In this document: one piece after another, positions 24,997 through 32,000 of the stretch | Position numbering within the stretch: position 1 is the first letter of the stretch | Layout of the letters: the number at the start of each line of letters is the position of its first letter | Source: Promethearchaeota archaeon | Lineage (GTDB): Archaea; Asgardarchaeota; Thorarchaeia; Thorarchaeales; Thorarchaeaceae | Assembly: GCA_027031765.1 (NCBI GenBank) | Contig: JALVPN010000105.1 | Location: forward strand, 3,401 to 35,400 | DNA length: 32,000 nucleotides | Direction: 5' to 3' | Made by a program: the position numbers and the translations under genes | The notes under the pieces: generated by a model | The model's database searches: none | What the model was told of the DNA's origin: nothing | Seen by the model: only the letters and a program-made list of their open reading frames with translations

Positions 24997-27339
24997 TCAA
25001 CCGAGGCTCCCACGGTACAGTGCAGTCAGCTCTGCCTCGCCCATTATTGTGGGCTCCTGGTCCCGGCCGAGCTTCTGGCGGTTGTCCCAGACACTGCGCG
25101 CCAACAGGTCCGTGGTCTTCGCCCTGCTGTCGACCCTCTGGGCCGCCTCCATGTCGCCTATCTGCTGGAACATCTGCGCGGCCACAGTATAGTTCCCTAC
25201 GGCCTCCCTGAACTTCTCGTTCGCGTCGGAGTAGTACTTCTTGGCCTTGCCCACATCGCCACGCTTGTAGTGGATTTCGGCCATGAAGTCACTCCGGGCC
25301 CCCTCGAGCCGCAACAGGTCGCCCTTGAACCTCATCACCACACCGTGGAGGTGCTTTACCTGGGCGTCAATGTTGTTCTTCTTGCGCAGCTCTTCGTTCT
25401 CGACGCTGTTCAGTTCATTGGCTGCCGACTGCACCGCTGCGACGGCCTGTTTTATCCGCATGATACTGTCCTCGTGTGCACGCAGCACCCGTTCCATGGC
25501 CTCGTCGTCGAACTCCGTGAGGTCTTCCATCTGGCGGGCCGTGTTTATCCTCTCAATCCCCGCGCGGAGCGCCCACTGTTCGGCCTGCGCACCGAAGACC
25601 CGTCCCTCCGACACGTATGCTGTTGCCAGGGCGAGCCGTCCCATGTCTGTGAGCTGCTGGGCCGTGCTGTCCTCACCAATGACCTTGTAGTACGAGGCCG
25701 CCTCAGCTGCGTGGAGGTTCTCAAGCACCCGCGACATGATGAACTTGATGCCCTCGCCAAGCTCCGAGCTCTGCTGGTACTGGATCACGTACTTGACGTG
25801 GTTCAGCAGTGCCAGCGTCCTGTTCCTCAACAGCCCGATTTCCTCGTCCTCGGTCTCGATACTGAGCAGTATCCCGAGAGTGTCCAGCCCCTCCCTGATG
25901 GCCTTCAGCGCCTCCGCAGGGTCGCTGTTCATCAGTGTGGCAGCATTGTCAAGTGCCTTGTTGACGGTCTGTATCATCCCGGTCTTGCGGAGGTCTTTCG
26001 CAAACTCGATCTGGTCAATAATCCCACGGATGTCATCGCTCTTCTTCAGGAGCTCCTCCACAAACGTGAACGTCCTCAGGCTCTCCTTGATGGCACCGGT
26101 CAACTCACGGGTCTTTGAGAGCTTCTCGGCCTTCTTCATATAGTCGATAATCTCGTTGAGGGTCTCAAGGGCACCGTCCCTGTTGTTCACCCTGATGAGG
26201 TCCAGGAGCACCTGTACTGTCGCCTCCCCTTTGCAGAAGTACGACTGTGCCTTTTTCTGCTCCTTGTCGCTCCGGGCCTGTGCCGCATTGGTACGGAGGG
26301 TCACTTCTTCACTGAAACACTTCTCGGCCCTTGCGAAACCCGCTGACGCTGTGCCATACAGTTTAGCCGCGTCCTCAAGGTTGCCAGCCCGCATCTGCGC
26401 GTCCGCAATGTCGTTGTACGTCATGGCAAGATAGACCTCGCTCAGGCCAGCAGTGTTCTGTTTCCACGCACGGATTATTGCAATGCGGGCCTTGTCGGGC
26501 TCCTTACCCTTGTCAAGGTGCGGGAGTGCCTCGTTGTAGAGGTCTGTGGCCCTCTCAAAGATGAAAGCGCTCAGGATGTCGCGCCAGAGGAGCTCGTCAA
26601 ATGGGTTGAACGCCTGCCTGAAGGTGCTCTCTCGCCCAATCAGTTCATTGAGGAACTCGTCGTAGAACTCGGCCTCCGCGCTCTTGTTTCGCCCAAGGAT
26701 GGCCTCCAGTTCCTCGTTGTCCTCTCCTAGGGCGTCCTTCATCAGGCTGTAGGTCTGCATACCGAGTGCGACACGCCTGAGCTTCTGTGTCCCGTCCACC
26801 CGTGCCGGTATTGCGACAAAGGGCCTTTCCAGCATTGTGTACACCTCTGCGAGGTGCAACAGTGCGGCCTTCTCCTTCTCCGCATGTTCGTGTTCAATGA
26901 ACGGCCCACTCACAGCCGCAGCCTGGTGCAGCCATGCCACTACCTTTGCCATCCACGTTTCCGCAAGAGCGGTCTGCAGCTGGGCCACGAGCTCCTTCAT
27001 TGCGGCCTCGAGCTGTTCTCGTTCCTCGCCCTCAGTCTGCTGTATCCTCTCCCGCAGGTACGCGATGTCGAACTCCTCACCCATTAGTTGCTTCGTAAAG
27101 TTGGCCACTTCGTCGTATAACTCAGTGAACGCATCGTGCATCGCAATCCGCTTGGCCTCAAGGCCTTCTCTGTCATCGATGTCGTGCATTGCGAAGTCAC
27201 GCACGGCGTCCTGTGCCTGGATGTTCAGTTCGTACAGTCTGCTCGTGAATACTGTTATGTCTTCGTCGTCTATTACATCGATGGCCGGCCCCCTCTTCGC
27301 CGGCCCTGTGCCACGCCTTTTCGACACTGGGTTCGACAA
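24997..27339 (-). CDS. Hypothetical all-alpha-helical (TPR/SNAP-like solenoid) protein, about 780 aa
   Basis: E/K/A-rich helical sequence with TPR-like segments (IADAQMRAGNLEDAAKLY; IHYKRGDVGKAKKYY; AAQMFQQIGDMEAA). Start moved to TTG 27339 after GGAGGTCA, because the track start overlaps fwdA. Confidence 0.8.
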   Translation of the reverse strand: MSNPVSKRRGTGPAKRGPAIDVIDDEDITVFTSRLYELNIQAQDAVRDFAMHDIDDREGLEAKRIAMHDAFTELYDEVANFTKQLMGEEFDIAYLRERIQQTEGEEREQLEAAMKELVAQLQTALAETWMAKVVAWLHQAAAVSGPFIEHEHAEKEKAALLHLAEVYTMLERPFVAIPARVDGTQKLRRVALGMQTYSLMKDALGEDNEELEAILGRNKSAEAEFYDEFLNELIGRESTFRQAFNPFDELLWRDILSAFIFERATDLYNEALPHLDKGKEPDKARIAIIRAWKQNTAGLSEVYLAMTYNDIADAQMRAGNLEDAAKLYGTASAGFARAEKCFSEEVTLRTNAAQARSDKEQKKAQSYFCKGEATVQVLLDLIRVNNRDGALETLNEIIDYMKKAEKLSKTRELTGAIKESLRTFTFVEELLKKSDDIRGIIDQIEFAKDLRKTGMIQTVNKALDNAATLMNSDPAEALKAIREGLDTLGILLSIETEDEEIGLLRNRTLALLNHVKYVIQYQQSSELGEGIKFIMSRVLENLHAAEAASYYKVIGEDSTAQQLTDMGRLALATAYVSEGRVFGAQAEQWALRAGIERINTARQMEDLTEFDDEAMERVLRAHEDSIMRIKQAVAAVQSAANELNSVENEELRKKNNIDAQVKHLHGVVMRFKGDLLRLEGARSDFMAEIHYKRGDVGKAKKYYSDANEKFREAVGNYTVAAQMFQQIGDMEAAQRVDSRAKTTDLLARSVWDNRQKLGRDQEPTIMGEAELTALYRGSLG

Positions 27340-27424
27340 TCGTGTGACCTCCGGGAAATCACTGCACTGAACAACTCTCCCCGGTGTACTTAAGACTACC
27401 TCAGAGGGGTCTCCTGCCGCCGCA

Positions 27425-29170
27425 TCAGGGGCGGATGTCCATTGCCTCCCTGTGTACTGCCCTTTCGATACCCGTCCTGTACCTGTCCGGTACCGCGTAG
27501 TTCTCGGGTGCATGGGCATACCAGCGCGGGATGAACTCCTCCTCCATCTCTGACTCCACACGTCCCGCAAGCTCGCTGTCTAGCTCCACATGGCATGTCC
27601 AGAGCCGTCCTCCCACGCTCTTGATGGCCCTCCCCTCCCTTGCCACAACCTCTCCACCCTTGATTGTGAGGTACGTCCTGCTCAGGGCTCTCAGGACAAG
27701 GGTGGGGTTGTGGGCAAGGTCGACTTCCTCCGGTCGGAGGTCGTAGACCGCAACGTCGGCATCGGCACCAGGCCCAAGGTGCCCTTTCCACTTGCTGACC
27801 CCCAAGATCTTGGCCGGTGCCGCCCTGGTCGCAACTGCAACGTCATAGAGTGACCACTCCCTGTCAATGCTGGCAAGGGCGGTGCGACGACTGGTCTTCT
27901 CGTGCACGGCATCAAGCCATGCCTCTCTCTGTCTTCGGCTCATCAGCCACGAGATGACGAGTGGGTACTTCGTGAACGGGCCACCATTTGGGCTGTCTGT
28001 GGTGAGCACACACCGCCATATGTCATCGATTGACAGTGCGAACTCGAGAGGTGTGGCCCACTGCACGGAGTGTGTGAGCGACTTGGGGCTGAAGCGGAGT
28101 GGTACTACTCCCCCGCCCCCCGGCAGTTCGCTGTCCACTGGCAAGTTCGACCACTTCGTATGCACGGTCCTGAACAGCTCGGCCTCGAAGGGACCGTCGC
28201 CTGTGAGGGTGGTCACTGGCCCAAAGGTCACCTGTCCGAGGTCGACCGTGAAGTGTCGGTTCCTGTTCATGTAGCGTGCGAACACGGTGCCGCCAGAGGC
28301 GATGTCGCGCCACTCCGTACCCCCGCCCTCGACTGATGACAGGCACTCAAAGGACATGTGTGCAAGGTGGGCTGCGCTGCCACCACGTGTCCTGGTTGAT
28401 ATTCCCTTGAGCGCGTCCAGTGTGGCTATTGTCGTCTCAACGTTCCCCACACGGCCAAGGTTGATCGGGTGGACGTGGAGCGGGTGTGGGAGGTTCAGTT
28501 CGCCGACGGCCATGCACATGCTGCGGAGGATCTCGCGGGGCGTCACGTCCCAGTCGGGGACGGGCGAGTCCAGCCGGGTCACGTTCTCACCGTGGGCCCA
28601 TGCGTACACGCCACCGGGGTTGACGACCTTCACGCCGAAGGTCCCCGCCACCCTGAGCGTCCATGCGATGTACCCTGCGAGTCCACTGATGTCACCCTGT
28701 TCCACATAGTGCATGGTGATGGTACTGTTCGAGAGCATGGCCAGGAGTGCGGAGTCAATGTTCGGTACGTCCCTGAACTCGTCCCAGCAGCCGAGCGCGC
28801 GCACCGGTGGCACTGCCGGCTCCACAACAGTGGTGTACCCCATCACGGAGTACCTGTACCCGATGGCGAAGGAGTTGGGGAGGGTGTGGCCAGTGCCGCT
28901 CCGGGTGGTGCCAGTCATTGCCTGTGTGTGTAGCCGCTGGTCTTCGGGACACATTGCCCGTGCGTGGACGAGCTTCGAGCCCATGATGTGGGAGTGGATG
29001 TCGACGCCTCCCGGCATGACGAGCCGCCCGCCCACATCGATGACCTCTGTCTGGCCAGCCTCTCGCTCGACGACCCGGCCATCACGTATGCATATGTCCA
29101 CGTGCTCGCCAGCCACACCATTGACTGGGTCATATAGGCAGCAGTCCTTCAGTACCATTGAGCGTGTCAT
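27425..29170 (-). CDS. fwdA: Formylmethanofuran dehydrogenase subunit A (amidohydrolase)
   Basis: PGGVDIHSH, GYTTVVEPA, VKVVNPGG, LHVH, FTVDLGQVTFG and LTTDSPNGGPF. The metal ligands look intact. Confidence 0.96.
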   Translation of the reverse strand: MTRSMVLKDCCLYDPVNGVAGEHVDICIRDGRVVEREAGQTEVIDVGGRLVMPGGVDIHSHIMGSKLVHARAMCPEDQRLHTQAMTGTTRSGTGHTLPNSFAIGYRYSVMGYTTVVEPAVPPVRALGCWDEFRDVPNIDSALLAMLSNSTITMHYVEQGDISGLAGYIAWTLRVAGTFGVKVVNPGGVYAWAHGENVTRLDSPVPDWDVTPREILRSMCMAVGELNLPHPLHVHPINLGRVGNVETTIATLDALKGISTRTRGGSAAHLAHMSFECLSSVEGGGTEWRDIASGGTVFARYMNRNRHFTVDLGQVTFGPVTTLTGDGPFEAELFRTVHTKWSNLPVDSELPGGGGVVPLRFSPKSLTHSVQWATPLEFALSIDDIWRCVLTTDSPNGGPFTKYPLVISWLMSRRQREAWLDAVHEKTSRRTALASIDREWSLYDVAVATRAAPAKILGVSKWKGHLGPGADADVAVYDLRPEEVDLAHNPTLVLRALSRTYLTIKGGEVVAREGRAIKSVGGRLWTCHVELDSELAGRVESEMEEEFIPRWYAHAPENYAVPDRYRTGIERAVHREAMDIRP

Positions 29171-30444
29171 CGTCCCAACTCCTCGGCCACCTTCACATAG
29201 ATCTCAGCCAGCACCTCCCGGTCAGGGAGGACATCCGGCGGTGGGTCTACTGCCTTCTTGAGATAGAGTGGTAGTCCGTCCATTCGCACTGCTATCCCGT
29301 CACACTCGACCCCTGCAACAGCAGCAGGGATGTTGACGCTGGCAACCAGTGAGGTCATGTTCTTCTTTGGGTCAATGTTGACCACCGGTATCCGGCCGAG
29401 GTGCCGGACGGCCTCGCGTGGGAAGTGCGCGGCCGGGTCAGCTGCAACATTTACCACTGCATCGCACTCCCTGTTCACCAGCATGTCTACTGCTGAGTAC
29501 TCGCCGGGCTGGTACCTGGGATAGCCCCTCGCAAAGTCTACCGCAAAGGGGTACCCTGTCTGCCAGGTCGAGGTGTCGTTGGCACCAGTTACGTTGTAGT
29601 GCCCTCGCATGGGCAGCAGGCCCCATCTGGCATGGCTGTTCAGGTCCTGTACGAGCCGTATGGCCGCATCCACATTGTGGTGTCTGCCACCCGTCTGGGT
29701 CAGGCCAAGCCCAAAGAATATCACCCCGTACTGTGCAGACTGCATCCTCTCTGCAAGCTCCGAGAGCTCAGACATGGCAAGCCCACCGACACTACTGACA
29801 TCCAAGGTATGGCCGTTCACGATGGCACGCAGGGCACTGAGCACCTCGAGGTCAGAGCCCGGCTGGACCCGGACGAACCTGTCCGCCACCCGTGCGGTCT
29901 CGCTCCTGCGGACATCCACTACCCACAACTCCCTGTCCCTGACGAATGCGCCCTCAGCCCTCACGAAGCGCTGGATGTGTCTTGGGTGGGCGGCCACGGG
30001 GTTGGCACCCCAGTAGATGACCAAGTCAGCACGGTTCCTCACCTCAGCCAGTGACACCACAGGTATCCCTGACTGCTGCACCGCAAGTATGGACGGCCCA
30101 TGACATACGGACGACGTGTTGTCCACCACACCCCCGACAAGTTCCGCAAGCCGGTAGGCCTCCCTGTGTGCGTCGTTCTCCGTGGAGCTCAGGCCGTAGA
30201 CCAGCAGTCGCCTGGCAGAGGACACGATCTCAGCAGCCCTGTCAATGGCCTCCGATAGGGGTACCTGGACATACTCGCCCCCGCGGAGCACCGTTGGGTG
30301 TCTGAGCCTGTCCCTGTCCCACTCAAGGAACCTCACCCGTCCAAGGGCACATGCATTCCTGACCGACACTATGCGCCCGTCCTGGACTCCCACCTCGATA
30401 TCGTCGCAGAGACACCCACAGAAGGAGCATATCACACGTCCCAC
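29167..30444 (-). CDS. fwdB: Formylmethanofuran dehydrogenase subunit B (W/Mo-pterin catalytic subunit)
   Basis: CSFCGCLCDDI Fe-S motif, DNTSSVCHGP (Cys ligand), RADLVIYWGANP, PMRGHYNVTG and FARGYPRYQPGEYS. Confidence 0.96.
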   Translation of the reverse strand: MGRVICSFCGCLCDDIEVGVQDGRIVSVRNACALGRVRFLEWDRDRLRHPTVLRGGEYVQVPLSEAIDRAAEIVSSARRLLVYGLSSTENDAHREAYRLAELVGGVVDNTSSVCHGPSILAVQQSGIPVVSLAEVRNRADLVIYWGANPVAAHPRHIQRFVRAEGAFVRDRELWVVDVRRSETARVADRFVRVQPGSDLEVLSALRAIVNGHTLDVSSVGGLAMSELSELAERMQSAQYGVIFFGLGLTQTGGRHHNVDAAIRLVQDLNSHARWGLLPMRGHYNVTGANDTSTWQTGYPFAVDFARGYPRYQPGEYSAVDMLVNRECDAVVNVAADPAAHFPREAVRHLGRIPVVNIDPKKNMTSLVASVNIPAAVAGVECDGIAVRMDGLPLYLKKAVDPPPDVLPDREVLAEIYVKVAEELGR

Positions 30445-30449
30445 CTGAC

Positions 30450-30854
30450 CTATGCCCCCTCCTCAAGCTGGGCCCGCAGGAGCTCCTCGGGTGTCGGTAC
30501 TCCCTCACCTGGAGCAGGCAGGACCACTGCATCGATGCCCTTGAACTCAGGCATCCCCGTTGTCGCAGTGTGGCCCCCGGTCACAGCATTCGCGTATGGG
30601 CCGCAGGGCATGAACGCAATCCCCGGGTCAACACCCTCCCTGACCCTGCACCTGACAACAACGGAACCATGGATTGTTTCGACCCGTACTGGGCCGCCAT
30701 CCGTCACTCCGAGCACTCGCAGTGTTGTCCGGTCGACCTCGCAGACCGCAACACTGTCCATATACTCCTGTTGGAGCTTGCCGGACTCTAGGGCCCGGCC
30801 CTGACGGACAGTCCTGCCAGTGACCAGCAGGAGCCTGACACCAACGCTCGTCAT
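30450..30854 (-). CDS. fwdD: Formylmethanofuran dehydrogenase subunit D
   Basis: LVTGRTVRQG, GSVVV, GIAFMPCGPYANAV and TGMPEFKG. Confidence 0.94.
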   Translation of the reverse strand: MTSVGVRLLLVTGRTVRQGRALESGKLQQEYMDSVAVCEVDRTTLRVLGVTDGGPVRVETIHGSVVVRCRVREGVDPGIAFMPCGPYANAVTGGHTATTGMPEFKGIDAVVLPAPGEGVPTPEELLRAQLEEGA

Positions 30855-31048
30855 CCACTACACTTCCCGGACAGGGGTCACAGTGCGGTCGGGATGATAT
30901 GGCTTTTGGTGCCCCTGTGTCCCACAGCCGGGTGTGATGACCGTGGGCCCCGGCCCTGCGGCCGCCTGTGACCAGTCGCATCCCGTAGTGGGCCAGCGTA
31001 GGTCATCTGGGCGAACGGCACTCGTGTGGAGTCCCGCCCCGCGCCACT

Positions 31049-31062
31049 GAAACCTTTATCAA
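31049..31062 (+). promoter_or_regulatory. BRE + TATA (GAAACC-TTTATCAA) for the E1 alpha gene
   Basis: Purine-rich BRE directly followed by a TATA-like box, about 50 nt upstream of ATG 31112. Confidence 0.6.
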
Positions 31063-31111
31063 TCACATCATCAGGGTCGCCCCGGAGCCTCCAGCCTGAT
31101 ACTTGGATGCG

Positions 31112-32000
31112 ATGGACATGCCGGTGAGCAAGAAGACATTGGTGGAACTGTATACCCGGACCCTGAAGATACGGCTCTTCGAAGAGAAGGTCTGGGAGCT
31201 CTTCGGGCAGAACCTGGTGCCCGGCACTCTGCACCTATACCTGGGGCAGGAGGCCGTGGCTGCGGGTGTGACCACGGCGCTGAAGGCCACGGACTGGGTC
31301 CAGAGCACTCACCGTGGTCATGGCCATGTCATTGCCAAGGGTGCGGACATGAACGCTGCAATGGCCGAGCTCCTCGGTAAGAAGACCGGGTCGTGCAAGG
31401 GGAAGGGTGGTTCAATGCACATCACACAGTTCGATGTCGGTGTGCTGGGTGCCACCGGGGTGGTCGCCTCCGGTCTGCCGATTGCAGTGGGCGCAGCCCT
31501 GTCCTGCAAGATGCGCGACACTGACAGTGTTGTTGCCTGCTTCTTTGGCGACGGGGCAAGCAACAATGGCACCTTTGGCGAGTCCCTCAACATGTCCGCA
31601 ATCTGGAAGCTGCCGGTGATCTGGGTCGTGGAGAACAACCTCTATGCCATGGGCACACCAATCAAGCTCACCTGTCCGAGCGCCACCATTGCCCAGCGGG
31701 CAGATGGTTACTGTATCCCAAATATTGTGGTCGACGGCAGCAATGCCCTTGAGGTCTATGAGGCAGCGGCTGAGGCTGTGAAGCGGGCACGCAGCGGTGG
31801 TGGCCCCACACTCATCGAGTGTCAGACCTACCGTATGCGTGGCCACTCGCGTTTTGACCCTGCGAAGTACCGGCCAAAGGAAGAGGTCGAGTACTGGCTC
31901 GCAAAGGACGCGGTCGAGACGATAAAGAAGATTGCAGTCGAGCGCGGCGCCCTCACAGAGGCCAAGGCCGAGAAGATAGGCCCGCCTCTCCAGGCGCCGG
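31112..32000 (+). CDS. pdhA: Pyruvate/acetoin/2-oxoacid dehydrogenase E1 alpha subunit (TPP-dependent), 3' end beyond the window
   Basis: My own translation (not in the ORF track): IRLFEEKV..GTLHLYLGQEAVA..STHRGHGH..KGKGGSMH..FFGDGASNNG..VVENNLYAMG..YRMRGHS. No stop before the window edge. The substrate (pdhA versus acoA) is not resolved. Confidence 0.93.
   Translation, partial: MDMPVSKKTLVELYTRTLKIRLFEEKVWELFGQNLVPGTLHLYLGQEAVAAGVTTALKATDWVQSTHRGHGHVIAKGADMNAAMAELLGKKTGSCKGKGGSMHITQFDVGVLGATGVVASGLPIAVGAALSCKMRDTDSVVACFFGDGASNNGTFGESLNMSAIWKLPVIWVVENNLYAMGTPIKLTCPSATIAQRADGYCIPNIVVDGSNALEVYEAAAEAVKRARSGGGPTLIECQTYRMRGHSRFDPAKYRPKEEVEYWLAKDAVETIKKIAVERGALTEAKAEKIGPPLQAP

Noticed and set aside
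27300-27339. NLS-like basic patch (KRRGTGPAKR) at the solenoid N-terminus
   Set aside because: Short basic stretches are common and an NLS has no meaning in a prokaryote. Noted only as a basic tail.
30103-30105. Selenocysteine in FwdB (FwuB type)
   Set aside because: The ligand codon in VCHGP is TGT (Cys), and there is no in-frame TGA.
31975-32000. The last codons of E1 alpha (KIGPPLQAP) look atypical, suggesting a frameshift or contig-end artefact
   Set aside because: This cannot be evaluated without sequence beyond the window.
1-32000. tRNA, rRNA, CRISPR arrays, transposases
   Set aside because: No T-loop/cloverleaf, rRNA-like sequence, repeat-spacer array or transposase motifs were seen, and nearly all of the sequence is protein-coding.

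Overview
This is a GC-rich (roughly 60% by eye), densely coding archaeal chromosomal segment. Archaeal origin rests on the A-type ATP synthase subunits, fwdDBA, TATA/BRE-like promoters and GGAGGTGA-type Shine-Dalgarno (SD) sites. The gene content would fit an anaerobic lineage such as Asgard (Thorarchaeia-like), but taxonomy cannot be fixed from this window. From left to right it holds: a GT4 glycosyltransferase; a UPF0182 membrane protein; a stand-alone Nuo/Fpo-like membrane arm (J1-J2-K-L-M-N) with no hydrophilic or H/A subunits; a small membrane protein; a GIY-YIG nuclease; a two-gene operon of a NUDT22-like Nudix hydrolase and an unrecognised 922-aa 2-TM protein; an FGGY kinase with glycerol-kinase residues; a LarA-family racemase; an AtpZ/I-like protein and a 4-TM unknown; a scrambled A-type ATPase membrane/stator cluster (C,K | E,H inverted | I) without A/B/D/F; a ~780-aa alpha-solenoid protein where fwdC would normally sit; fwdD-B-A; and a 2-oxoacid/pyruvate dehydrogenase E1 alpha that runs off the right edge (missing from the ORF track). 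I found no tRNA, rRNA, CRISPR array or transposase. Several ORF-track starts were moved to better-supported start codons.
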